DNA of 64,000 bases from Harriotta raleighana (GCA_050575255.1 JBNZDD010013542.1:930369-994368); one strand, 5' to 3'. Shown: positions 49,701 to 63,619, counted from the stretch's first letter. Notes: generated by a model not told the origin, from the sequence alone. Numbers and translations are program-made.

Positions 49701-52700
49701 TGTAGACGATGAATTAGAAGTTAAGCCTTCAAAGTCTAAAAAAACACGAGAATCTTCCATTAAAAATCCGGTCTAACTTTTCAGTTGCCCCTTTTCCTTA
49801 CTTTTAACGGTTCATTGTGGTTTGATTTAAACGAACTAGAATGTTTAAAAACTATAGGGTATGTTTCCACTTAAAACAACATTTTTCGATCTATGGTAAG
49901 CATTAGACAATTCCAATGTCGGATGATCTCTACATTAACAGTTACAAATTATATATTCGTTTCCCTTCTGCATGTCGCAGTTATTGATTTAGAATAAAAC
50001 GTTCGTTGGTAAACTTTAAATAAAATGGCCTAGAATTCGGGAGATAAACATTACACACAGGGGTAATTTGATCTTTCAGTTAGGGACATAATGCAATTTT
50101 TAATACAGTGTTTCATCAGAACCAACAATGTCAACATCTTAAGCGTATTGAAATGCTTACCTTTTTTTTTACTATCGAATTACTTCCCTAGACAGTTTAT
50201 AAAGAATGAAATGCATACAAGAGAAAAACTGTGAAAAATTGGTTAAAACCATAATAATCATAATAATAAAGATTACATGTACGTATGGGGCCAAACCCTA
50301 GTCCCCTTAATAGAACAAAGGACCAAGATTCAGAAGCGGGTTAGTGTCTGTGTTCACCTGTTATTTTTAAGTGAACGAACCGTTTTACTTTTCATATGTT
50401 GGTAAAAAAATATATATTAAAATTACATAGCGCGAAATCTTCACATAAATGCATTTTTATGGTATTTATGGGCCAGGGTAGATTAAAGGGTTCGAATTCG
50501 ATTCTGCTGAGCAGTAAACCCATACGTTATTTACTTTGCCTGTGAAACAAAGCTTTCTGAAACATTTAGTAGTTGTGACTTTATTTTCTGAAATTCGTTT
50601 CTTTTCTAAAAAATGAAGGTAATAAGACTGTGTATGAAGGAAGATCGAAATAAAAGTTTATTTTATTGTTACTATTATAAAACACAAAGGGCGGGATTCT
50701 CGAACACACGCGGACAGAATTATAGTTGAGAAAAGACGGTGAGAATTTGTTCTACCAAGTAATATACAGCCTTTTGGGTATCAGGAGGATATTTAAGCAT
50801 TTGCGGTTGTGACGAGGCGGAGAAGAAAATAAAGGAAAAGAAATAAAGAATGCCTTGGCTCATTGTGACAGATATAAGCCTCTCTCTCAATGACCTTTGG
50901 TGAACAGCAATAACTCACCACATTAATGATCAATCAACGGGAAGTGTTTTGAAATGCCTCCAAAATAATAATCCGTCCCACTATCCCAGGCTTTCTTTGC
51001 GATTCCATATAATCCTCTATAAGAGACATTAACGCCAAAAGATATCGTCCCCTGACCCGATTTGTTTTTTTTTAAATGGCTTGCTTGTAAATAATCAGAG
51101 TACTGACTGGGTGATCACAGCCGGGAGAGAGAGGCGAAAGCTTTCCATCCAAGCACCAAAGTAATGCGCCTGGATTATGCATCCACGTGGTCAGTACGTC
51201 AACGTTTCCCCATTTTATACAGACTTTAGGAATTGTTAATTGAACTCGTGTTTTTTTGCGCGAAGGAGTCCTGAAAATTCCAGCTTCAAGCATTTCCCCC
51301 CAAATCTCCACTGACAACAGAGGATTAGATGCATTCTACCACCTCGGTTTTTACAATTTTTTCTGCATTAAAGATAAGAAAAAGGTAGGTTGGTGTTATT
51401 CTAAAACTTCCTATACTAATATAATTTACTTTTTAAAAAATGTAGTTCAATAAATTTGGAGACTTATTTTTCAAACGTTCTCTCCAGTTATAGCATACCA
51501 ATTTAGATTTTGTTTCCCCAGAGAGAACATAATGATGAAAAGTCTGCTTTGAATCAGAATTGATAACCTATGCTCCACGCCTGTGATTGTGGGCATGGTT
51601 TACACCCACGCACAGATTTTTGAAAGAAATAGTGGGACTTCAGAATTAAACGCCTTATTTATTCCTAACAGCCAAAAGGTTGCCCCACAGCAAGTACACG
51701 ATCTCTTACAATGAGATCATACATTACACTGTAAAATTAACAGCATGCTTCATAGTTAAGCTCATGCCCTTTTAACTTTGAACAAATAAAACTAAAATCA
51801 ATCCATAGTTTATGTCGTAACTGTAAAAACATGAATTACATTCCAGATTTTAGCATTAACTGCTTTTGCTCAAGTACAATATGCAAACTCTCTTATGCGA
51901 TTCACATTAAACACTGGGAATAGCGATTTAAACAAGTGACAACATTATGATTCAAACTGCACCATCGGAATTTCTGGATGTTACAACCGCAAATCCATAG
52001 TTAGATATAACTTTTCAAATTTAATAGATTTTATATTTTGAGGGAGAATGTTCAATGCAGTAATGGATCTCATATGTGCACAAAAAGTGCAACATAATAT
52101 ATAATGGCATATTTTCCGCAGTATATATTTTATATGACCTATTAATACATAAACGGTGCCGAATGTGACATTTGACCTGTGGCACAGTGACGTGACGCCT
52201 GGTTTACGCTGTATAATTTGTTTGATTCATTTTCTCGTTTCCCTTGCTGCTACATCACGTGACTGCAGCAGTCCAAAGTGCAGAAATAAACACGAAATTG
52301 AAATTAAAATAAAAAACTGCAATAAATAAAATATGAAACAATGCAAAAAGCTGTTTGTGGTTTTGCCACAAAGGATTGATTGAATGGGTTAGTGTAAAAA
52401 TTGAACAGAGGGCCTTTGATCTGTGAAGCTAATCGGAATAGCAACACCCCCAGATTAGAAGCACCACAAAAGGCGAGATACAGAAGGAAATAGTTAATCT
52501 TTGATTAAGGGTCTTGCAATCCACTGTTTGTAACAAATGCCCAATTGCCTACAATGTAGTGAGCACATCTCAGGCTAGTGAGAATGTAATGGATTGTGTG
52601 AAAAGAAAGAAAGAGGCATCAAAAAAGATAAACAAGATTTGCGGTTTGCTGGACGTGACCATAAAGGCAAACAAACAGACGGTTCTGTTTAATGGTAGAT

Positions 52701-53511
52701 ATATTTTGGCGCCTACAGTTTGGATTGGATTCCTCAGCATATTATTAGCCATTTGGCAGGTTTTCATTCAGCTGCAGGCAGATGTAAAGTAAATTTGAAC
52801 GAGTTGGGGTGGGGGGAGGTGGGGTGGTGTTGGGGGGTGGTGGGGTATGAGAGTGTGGGGGAGAATTTTATGCAAAGCAATTTTCTGCTAAAATTAGAGG
52901 CAGGAATATCATTGTCTAGCTGAGAAACATGCCTTAGGAAATTAAAGCCTCTTAAAATATTTTTCTTTCACAAAATATCGTAGGAGATTCGGAATGATTG
53001 TTACTATTTTAGACAGAATTCTACTTTTCTACAATGTCAGGTCATAGTCTAGAATTGCAACGCAATCGATGACTAATAACTTTATGCAGTTATTGGTAAA
53101 ATGGAATTCACCTTTTAAAAGCATAAAAGTCGAATTAAACATTCCCAGGCTGTTAGAAGATTATCTTATCATTTTGTTTAAAATTAAAAGGCCAGACACT
53201 AAGTATAGCAACTTTTAAGACGATATGTGAAAACTAAGAAGTCGAAAACTACAATAAGTAACCACAGCTTTCTTCGGTCATAAATCATGTTCCCATACAT
53301 CTTGTGGATAACACCCAAACCAAAAATGCTTTTGAAGTCGCTTACAACTTCAGATGTGTCAACAGTCATCAAACGTACGCTAAAACCAAACGTTTAACAG
53401 TTTTAAGATCTTTCCCAAAGTTGGTGGGTGGGGGGGGGGGGGGGCGGAGAAGGTGAAGGATTGTTTCCATGCAAATCCGCCACTCCCGATACAGGAGGCC
53501 AAAGACAACCC

Positions 53512-53726
53512 NNNNNNNNNNNNNNNNNNNNNNNNNNNNNNNNNNNNNNNNNNNNNNNNNNNNNNNNNNNNNNNNNNNNNNNNNNNNNNNNNNNNNNNNN
53601 NNNNNNNNNNNNNNNNNNNNNNNNNNNNNNNNNNNNNNNNNNNNNNNNNNNNNNNNNNNNNNNNNNNNNNNNNNNNNNNNNNNNNNNNNNNNNNNNNNNN
53701 NNNNNNNNNNNNNNNNNNNNNNNNNN
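53512..53726. other. Assembly gap followed by a long poly-G run (smaller gaps at 31602, 37297 and 61907-61927, all in poly-C tracts)
   Basis: N runs abutting G/C homopolymers. Confidence 0.95.
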
Positions 53727-53809
<83 letters not shown>

Positions 53810-56800
53810 CGGAGTAGAGTTTTTCAAACATATTTTCATCACCTTCTCAAATGGGGAAGGGGGCGCAGGTCTGTCTAAATCCGTTACACACACGTTAGCA
53901 ACAGTTAGCAAAGGAAAACCAACTCTCTCATGCCAAGCTATAATCCATTAATTATTGATTGCATTGGAATTCAGTGTGAGTTGCAGATAAATTCACTTAC
54001 CTGTTGGATCACTGCATTGGAACTTTGGAAAAAGATCAGTGGATTTTAAAATTTACTGTCAAGTGTTGGGGTACACCAATAGGAGTTTCCACCCCAGTGA
54101 AACAAGATGCAGTCAGAAAAATTCTGGTAATGTTATGCAATAGTGAATTGCCTAACAGGATTGAAATCAACTAGTAATTGTTGGGGGATGCCTATTATCT
54201 TTGCCTACTTCCTAGTTGCAGTATAACATAAAGGTGTGCAAGACCGAAAACACACTCGAATGCTGTTTAATTGTTATGAGTGTTCTATAAGTGTTACAAA
54301 GGCAACAAATATAATCTATTGTAGAATATCAATAATTTTTTAAAGATAGATTACTGCCAGCGGCCTAAGAATCTAAAAAAAAGTTTCATGGAACATACAT
54401 GAGGATACAGGTAAACGTGTCCAATTGGAACTGGCTTGTGCAATGCAACTAGAAAAGTGATGCCATATGAGTTCAGTGAGGGCAGAATCAGGAGTTTCAC
54501 TGTCAAGTCGCCTTCGCCTAAATTGTTACCTATCCCCACATAGATCCCATTCCCCCTTGATTGCACTTGTTCCATCAGTTTTCCAATACGCTATTTCTGT
54601 AATATTTTTAATATAAAAACTCTTGATTCTTGAAAAAACAGTATTTTCAGAAAATCACGTTTCAAAGTTAGTTAGGTGTAAATGAAGTTACCACCACCTC
54701 AATCAGTTTTATTCCCCAAGTTACACAGTGTGAAATAATTGCTCCTTTGAGACCGCCTATATTTCAACGTAGGGAGATTGGAAGTAGTTGGGAGTTTTTA
54801 ACCAAAATAAGAATTTCTGGAGGTGTTTTGAGACCGTGATTGGACAATAATTATTGTGACCATCATTAAAAAGTCATAAAATGTTAGCATGATTCTCCAG
54901 TGAACGGAAAAAGAGGAAATGAGTTTAGTTTCTGTTAGCATTTCAAGAGCAGAGGTTAGTGCCACAGCAATTTCAGCATTTTATTTTTAGACTGCAAACA
55001 TCCACAGGTCTCGGAAGAGCAGCAATATAATTTATCACACTTGTCTTTACTACAGCTAATTTGGTCAGTTGGTGAAAGGTGTGGAAACGCTATGACTTAT
55101 AAATCGAGGAACTTTCACACACTACCCTTTCACACACCTGATTTAAATATATATGTATTTTTAAAAAGTCAAGATTCAATTTTACCATAACAAACACAAC
55201 GCAGATTGACCGAGTCATGTTACATCTCGATTAACATGTAACGTCATTTTGCAAGTGGTAAGTTTCTACAGAATTTATATTATTTAATGACTTATATTAT
55301 ATTGCGTCTCTCGTTTAATGTGCGAATTTCCTTTAGAATTTTTTTTTGTTCATCGTCTTTTCCCTTTAATTTGCGGCGTGAAGGATTCCATTGCTGCCCC
55401 CAGAAAATAAAAGGAGCTCTTATTTTTAAATATATCGTGGTAAAGACTTTTCTGGGGCTGACGGAAAATGTCACTGTTTAAATATTGGGAAACACGAGTA
55501 GACTGTACCATAGTCCAATCCCCTGCTCCGTCATGGTTTGGTACAGTTCCCGGGGAGAGAAAAGTATTGTAATTTTTCATCAGTTTTAAATAGCCTTGCA
55601 AAGTCTACAAAGTATATGAGCTGAAAGAACGATCATGATTTATTATGGGGAGTATAATTACCTCTATATTAAATAACCATCTTAGAAACATAGCGCTTAC
55701 TCTTGACTGCGTGGCTTTGGCTTCGTGCAAATGTGACAGTTCTCGATATGTTAAAACATTAAAGTTTATCCGATCGGTTTAAAGGATGTCATCAACACTG
55801 ATGAAAGCGGAAATTAGCAGGAGAGGAGAGAATAGAGTGTAAAGATAATGCAGTGGACACTACAAACCCTCACTCCTCGAATTCGTTCGCAAATTTAAAA
55901 TATATACTTTTTCTACAATTGTATTCTTGTTTCATGCAGATGAATTGTAATCTATAGGAAGGAGAAAAAGAAACGGTGATCATTTAAACAATAATTGGCA
56001 TTCCACGATTCGTGGTGTTGAAATAAAATTGCAAAATACTCTGATCTGTGCACTCTGCCTGTTGCCTTTCGTCCTGTATGTGCGATTGGGGGCTTGCACG
56101 CTTCAATATATTAGCTTTGGCTTCTACCCTTGATTTCTATACAAAGCAGTGAATCGCTAGTTAAAGAGAAGCTTAGGAACAAAGCCTTCAAGAGGTGGGG
56201 TTTCGTTCAGTGAGTCGCCGCGCCATTGTCAGGGTATAGCTCAGTTATGGTATTTAAATAAAGAGAGGTGTAAATTCAAAGCAACAGAACAAACATCGTT
56301 TAGAGGTTTAAATGTTTTTTTTAATGAAAGAGTCTATTTTACTTTTCCCTAGCATCAAATATTTAATTTTTTTAAACTTGGATTCTTGCATTGAGTTCTG
56401 TTAACGAATGCCAACATGATCCATCTTCGTTGAGGGCATCGAGTCACATTATTTTTCCATTTTGGTGCTGGGACTTATCAATTAATAAAGCCCCATTGAA
56501 ACCAGGGTCAGACTTACAAGGAAATTTACACAACTAAGCTCAGCAATATCCAATTGTGCTTATGTATCGATTTTCTAACGCTTTCTTTATGTTGTTTGTT
56601 GCTTTTCACAGAAGCTTTTAGGAAAATGAAGAAAATCGACATCGTCGAAGCCTGTCAATCTTTGAAGGAATTTTGTGTTTTCATATTGTGTTCTTATTTA
56701 AAGGACATAACTGCTATTCAGATTGAGAAATCACAAATACCACAGATAGTTGTTACCGACAAACCTAACCTTTGCCAATCAAGCTCCATAGCTATTCTGT

Positions 56801-59800
56801 TTCATCCTGTGTAAAATATACGTATATTTACTTGATACATAAAGTATCTGCATATATAAGAAAAAAGGTGCCGTGTATGTCGTGCTCCTTAAAATTGTCG
56901 TAAACTAAAGTAATTGTCATAACGTTTCATAAAATTATATATCTATCCTTTTTTGAATCTTACCTTTGTTGATTAATATCTTAAACAATAAAAAGTTATA
57001 CACTTCCCATCATGCTAATTGATAACTAATCTGAAGTAGCCCCTAAAAACAAGAGAAGAGTAGTGCTGAGAAAGATTCCGAATCTTCCAGAAGAGACGCG
57101 TGTATCAGTAGAGATAGTCCACACCGACTGTAACCATTAATATTTAATGCCAATCAGTGGGTTATACTAATTTTACTACATAAAGGTTTGCACTAACGAT
57201 CGGTGTGAAATGTTACGTTGCTATTAATGGCTTTAGCTTGACTGGCTGGCGTCCAATCAGAGAATAAAAGAAGCAAGCCTGATAGAAGTCTGTTAGTCTT
57301 TGCTCATTTTCAAAATTGGATTTACAATTCATTTTGGGTCACCCCAAGCACCTCCTTTACTAGGTTTTTATTCCAATGAGGCGTTCCGTTTTAAAGAATT
57401 CATACAAAGCTCTCCATAATTGGTAATCACGGATACTGTAATTTAAGACCCCCAGCTATAGCTTTCATATTATCCTCTGATCTATTGCTACAAATCGCCC
57501 GCAATAATCAGCTCTGGGGAGAGTATTACAGTCCTTCCTCATTCCTGAATATCATCACTTGCACATCATTCTCAAAGCGTGATTTATAACACAGGCGAAC
57601 ATAAACAACACACAACTTACACACACAATGGCATCCATAGTGGCGCTGACATATTTTGCAATAAATCAAGGTGCAAAGGGGAAGAGGGAAAACGTGCAAA
57701 TATCAATGAAAAATAAGGAAATAAACAAACATAGCACCGCGGAAACTTGGGGGAAAAAACTGATGGAAAGAAAGACGCCATTCGTCAGATTTTATGGCAG
57801 TCTTAAAAACATAAATAACACACATAATATTTACATAGATGGACACGAGGCAGTGCGGTTGTACTTACAATAAACCAGCCCACGGTGTGTGCCTCTTCCC
57901 AAAATTGTTTTATTCCAGCCTCTCTTGTTATAGGCTTGTTTTTAAAAGGACAGTAGAGTTTCACGTCAGACACAGGGAAACCATGTCGGCGATTTACGGA
58001 CGAATACATATCTATTCTGCAACAGCTGCATTAATTATTTAATGAGTCACGTGACTGAGGGGGAAGGGGGGGATTTCAAAATCATACTCCAAGGAGAAGA
58101 CTGACCTTCCACTCGAAGAGCAGAGAGTTTCTTTAATAGTCTCCCTCTTAAACATAGTATTTGCGTGGCTCATTGTCTGTTTACACAAAGTGGGCAACAG
58201 AGGATATGTGGTAAGTCGGTTGGGTTTTAGGGAGAAGTGTGAACATATAGGATCTATATGAGCCTTCAAAGTCCCATCTTTCGCATCTTGATTCGCTTCT
58301 TCTAAGACACAGCACACGCTGCTGCATAGTATTGTGTTGTGCAACGGGAGCTGATTCATTATATGCACCAAAGTTAGAGTAATACTGCCCGGTTATCGTA
58401 TCCCTGCGTGCTTTGCACTAATGCATTATACCACAAGTTTAGTTTATCATTTCATTGACTTTCCACTTCAACTTTTTAGTGGATTTGTCTAGCTCCGGTC
58501 TACTTTCTGCTTACGGTTTAGCTGTGACTGGCAGTACAGTGTGAAAGCATTGTTTCAGCTTCACAAGATGAACCATACTTTACAGTCAGTCATATAGTCG
58601 CTTCTTTAATCTTCATAAACCAGATACGATTCGCTACCAGTAACACAAATGACACAGCAAAAATCCTCATCCCTCAGATCATAAGCTTTCTGAAAAAATA
58701 ATTTGAAGAAGATCCACGTTTGGAGGAGGGAGACTGTCTTCTCTAAGCTCTCAATTGTTTTAAGAGAGCTGTGTGATAGAGACATAGTGTGTGTGTGTGG
58801 GGGGGGAGGGGGGGAATCTTATACATACTTCTGGTGGCAATAATGTTAAAACAATAACCGTAATGGGAAACGTGTCCCTAGAAACAATTTTGACACGGTT
58901 GTGAATATCTACAGTCACGTTTCGTCCTACAAATTGCTTTCTGAATCTTAAGATCGATTGTGGCAACTTATGCTGAGAATCAAGATTATTTCGTTTCAGA
59001 AACGAAATGCAACGTTTTAGTAAGCATCAGTTTATTCATTAAGAATATTAAACTAATGATATATTATATAAATATAATCATAAACCTATTATTCCTGGGT
59101 ACGCCATATTTACGTTAGCTCCTCGTTAAAGTATTTGGAATAATATTAAAACTACTATATGTTTGATTTTGCTTATAAAATTAATGGCGGAAAACGTAAT
59201 GTGAGAACAAATTCCTATTGTGAAAGGAAAAAGAATGCAACCGTATACCATATGTTTCCGTACATTCGTCTATATTATAAAATTCAGGTTTCCCAGTTTT
59301 CTAAGATGAAATAATCCTTTCGCTACTTCGATTGCATTTCTGTTGCAAAGAAACACAATTGATATATCATAAAATGAGAACAAGGAATGCAACGCATTTA
59401 ACATATGACTCAGTTACGTGCACCCTCTTCCAGAACTTGTACTTGCTAATAATTGTTTATTTTTATTATGGTAAAAGCAGTTTGTGTTTTACGGTTGGAC
59501 AAGTAAATGAAGGACCAGCAATAAGGTTCCCATTTAAGCGTTCGAGTAAACTGACAGTATTTAGTGAATCGAGATTAATAATAGCTTGCATATTGCGCAC
59601 ACCACATTTTTGCAAAAGGAATGCGATTTTGTTTATTTAAAAATCTGCATTCAAGAGGAAAATGTTGTGTTTGTAAAGAAACAAATCATATTTCCCCTAA
59701 CAGACATACAACCAAGTAAAGCGCCAACCTTCAGCATCTTGCTCAACCGTTTAGACAAAGTGAGGCAACGAGACAATGGCTTCCTTCCATCCATTGTGTC

Positions 59801-60168
59801 CGATTTTAAGACACTTTACTTTAAGGTGTGTAACGTGTGGAGGGTGGCATTCAACGTTTAATTTTATTTCACACTAATGACTTTTTTTGCCCAAAAAAAA
59901 CAACAATACGCCATCTCGGGATGTGCATTGGCTTATTTTTCTTTACATGCAAACTGAGGAGCTTGCACTCAGCAAAGGCTAACAGAACACAGCTACTTTT
60001 CAATCAGCGGAGCACAGTTTTTTAGTCCAGTGAACGAGCGGTAACCCTGGTGTGTTTTATATCCTTTAGCATTGGGAATGTTCAGATAGAACAGAGTCCT
60101 GTCTTAAAGGTCAAGGGTTTCAGGGGGTCAGACTGCTAGGATAAAAACAGCTAATCGGATAGAAAAGT

Positions 60169-60185
60169 TGCCCTCTCAATGAACC
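60169..60185 (-). promoter_or_regulatory. Hoxb4 3' DR5 RARE (early neural enhancer, ENE-like)
   Basis: GGTTCA ttgag AGGGCA, 2.7 kb 3' of the Hoxb4 stop and just beyond CR3; the mouse site as I recall it is AGTTCA tggag AGGCCA. Confidence 0.8.
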
Positions 60186-60633
60186 TCTCCGCTCGGCACG
60201 ATGACTGACCAACACAGGCGCTGATTTTATTTCAATAAAACATTTCTTAAAAATCACAAATCATGGCAAAAAAATGCTGAACTAACCACAAATTTGAACC
60301 AGACTCTGCAAGTGGTGTATCTTATTGTGTGTTTGGAGATATTCGGAATCGGTGTAGCTTCACAGATAATTGGGTAAAGAGCATTAAAACAATATGTTGT
60401 TAGCTAAAATGACTTTTTTTCTGTTACCTTTAGTTTCACCATCTCCCGATCTCGAGATCTGAGCACTTTCACGATTTTTAATCATAGCTGAGAAAGAATC
60501 GTCCAAGCTGACTGACAAATCCCAGGCTGCCCACATATTTCTGAAGAAAACTGGAGGAGCTTCACTATTTTTTCCCGAGACGACCCGTCCAGAATTGCTG
60601 TTGAATAACAATGGGAGAAGTATTTAAAGAAAG

Positions 60634-60662
60634 AAGTGATTAATGATTTCAAGTTAATTCTC
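60634..60662 (-). promoter_or_regulatory. CR3 / late neural enhancer Hox-binding core (HS1+HS2) shared by Hoxb4 and Hoxb3
   Basis: GAGAATTAACTTGAAATCATTAATCACTT: two TAAT cores and a TGATTAATGA Pbx/Hox site; closely resembles the mouse CR3 core as I recall it. Confidence 0.78.
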
Positions 60663-62929
60663 GCATTTTCAGAAGTGCTCTGGCTACAAATAATGCCTGT
60701 GAACTTTAATTCTATAGCTTGTATTCAGAGCCTTTGGGAACAGGCTTGTGGAAGGCTACAGGACTGACTGCCCAGTGACTGTGAGAATAAAGCAAACTGC
60801 ACCTATTGCGGGGCAATCAATGGACAATGCTGGTTTATTTTACCACCTTATCTAAGAATAAAACATCTAAGATATTTAGAATAATAATTCAGAACGGAAA
60901 TGTTAAATGTGGAAGATATTAAAATAAGCCTTCAAAAGGTCTAATTTTTTTATTCCTGCCAGGAAAATTACATGCACACACAAAATAGTTTTATGGAGAC
61001 TTCTTAGATAAGTATAAATAATCAAGTACAACTCTTTGTGTTGTCTTTAAACATGGTCGTGGCTCATGTTTTCCTTCATGACTTTTTGGTACAATTGATT
61101 ACATAAATCATTTTACTGCATTTTTAAAATAGAACAAGTACCAGTTGAAGGTTTATCAAAAATACCACATTCGCTCTATTGTGATAACCAGTGTCTTCCC
61201 ATTTACACTTGAAATGAAGGCTAACACGGTTGTGACTTCGAAATACAGTTTTACAACTGTGTTGTGTTAAATGAAACGTTTGAACCAAAACGCTGAAACC
61301 AACAGCTCAAAATCTTTAAAGCATTGACTCATTGTAATGTATAAGAACAATGCACATCCATGTGCACCTCAGTTGATAATTCTGGTAATGATGTTCTATA
61401 AAAGGTATATTTCCAGATCCCAGATTGCACATGCAATGTGTTATACGAAAGAAAATTAAAATTAACACAGAGCTTCATCTGACAAAAGAGATCATTTGTC
61501 TCCTTGATTATCTATTTGCTTGTCAAAGCCTGAACCATTACACCATCGAATCCTTTTCCAATATATGAATACATTCACACAAAGAAAAGGTACTGCAAAA
61601 ATTGAACAAATGAATTATACTTTCACACATTCGAGATTGCAAAATCAAAAGATACTAATGATGCAAATAAAGCTAAAGTTAATGAAAACACATAGTGAAA
61701 TTTAATGGACAAACCTCCCTTCAAAAAATATCCCTTTTTTTTAAAAAAGCAAACGTATTAAATTATCAGGAGTCTGTACTGTTGTATCAGTTGAGGAAAT
61801 TTAACATTGTAAATCTAAACCTTGGTCATGTCTTAAGCTTCCTTTGACATTTTCTTTGCAGAGCCAATGTTCTTTGTTCCCCCCCCCCCCCCCCCCCCCC
61901 CCCCCCNNNNNNNNNNNNNNNNNNNNNTCCCCCCCCCCCCCCCCCACCCCAACATACACCCCACACACACATACATAGATAGCATTATGGTTTGAAGATA
62001 CACATCGTTATGGTAAAATCTCATCAATTGATTCCACTGCAAGAAAGACAAAAGAAAATATAGACCATGAACATTTTATTTCGGTTATTATTTACACATA
62101 TTTTGGTTTGGGTGACAGTCTACAGAACAATGTGAGGGCATAGACTGTTGACGAAAAAAACAGACCCCTATGGGCCCAATGTAGTGGCTGCTAAACTTCA
62201 TAGCCTGGAATGTCATAAAGAGTGATGAGAAAACTAAAACAGTTTATCTATCCATTTTCCACCCTTGGCTTTCTGAAAAAGTACATTCTGTTGATACGAC
62301 CAGAAACAAGTACTGTTCATTTATTGTACAAATTACATGCAATATTTAAAAAAAAACATTTTAAATAACCTTGTTAAAATTTATTCCTACATATGGTTTT
62401 GTGCACTTTTTTAAAAAGAAAATCCAATCACACACGTTTTTATTGGCACCAAAAGAAATACATTTGGGAGCTTGAGGAAATGGATCACACATGAAAATAA
62501 TGTTCAAAAGAAAGTGTTCCCAGTGATTTCAAACTTCAAACCATAAGGCCTATGTTTCCAAATCTTTGCTCCAGCTTTCTTGTTGCGGGCTTGTTTTGTG
62601 AGGAAGAGAAGACAGTTTGTCATCCTAAGTTGACGAAACGGAGCCTCATTTATTAAAGTGTTCGTTTGCTGTCGAGGTAATCGTAGGCATAGGGTTCATC
62701 CTTTGTACCACCAAGTAAACATGACAAATGGGAAGCCTTTGGCATGATTAAAGATGAAACGAGAATTGATCTTTACCAGCCTCTTCTGAAAACTACTATC
62801 TACAATTGTACCTTCAATAGGGGGAAAATCTGGATATTTACAGTTTAGACGTTGCCCCTTATAAATAAACAGTGATTCAGTTAAAATCCTATTTTTTTTG
62901 CGTATATGAATTTCTTCCCAAGTTGGCAG

Positions 62930-63252
62930 CTATAAACTGGCTGTTGGTCCATTGGCCTCATGATTCTGAGTGGTTCCTTGTAAGTGATTATTTCCAGAAG
63001 AAGTCGATGAGCCTGTTGTCGACCTGATTTTGGTATTTGGCAACTTGTGATCTTTTTTCCATTTCATTCGCCTGTTCTGGAACCATATTTTAATCTGTCG
63101 TTCGGACAGGCAAAGGCTATGAGCTATTTCCACCCTTCGCCTCCGGGTTAGGTACCGATTAAAATGAAACTCCTTTTCCAGCTCCAGAACTTGGTGCCTG
63201 GTGTAAGCAGTGCGGGAGCGTTTGATTTCCCCTCCTTTGCAATTAGGATTCA
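62930..63252 (-). CDS. hoxb4: Homeobox protein Hox-B4, exon 2
   Basis: [68 protein letters not shown]; VEIAH and TKIRS are B4-type; acceptor ttcag|TG. Confidence 0.96.
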
Positions 63253-63483
63253 CTGAACAGAAAGCAACAACACAGAAAGAAATAACTGACTGAACAACAT
63301 CAACCGCACAAGGTCTAACAGTCTTGCATGTAAACATTAGCATTAGATCAAAAATTTAAGAGAAACGTAAAAAAATTCACATCCACACTATTATTAAAGA
63401 CAAAAAAAGTAAGTGTTCAAAGAAAGCGATCTGTGCTAGGATACAACACATCAAAGGCGCATGGCCAGGAGTGTCTTCGTACA

Positions 63484-63512
63484 GCAATAAAAATTTATGG
63501 AGGATGTAATTA
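63484..63512 (-). promoter_or_regulatory. HB-1-type homeodomain-binding element in the Hox4 intron
   Basis: TAATTACATCCTCCATAAATTTTTATTGC: clustered TAAT/CCATAAA/TTTAT sites typical of group-4 introns. Confidence 0.75.
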
Positions 63513-63619
63513 CTAACCCCCAGATAGGCGATTGTAAATCTAAAGCATGACTATTACAATGGGTGCTTGCAATAGATCCCAGGCTTCCAGGTGGTAAAAA
63601 GCCAAGGCACACTACTCAC

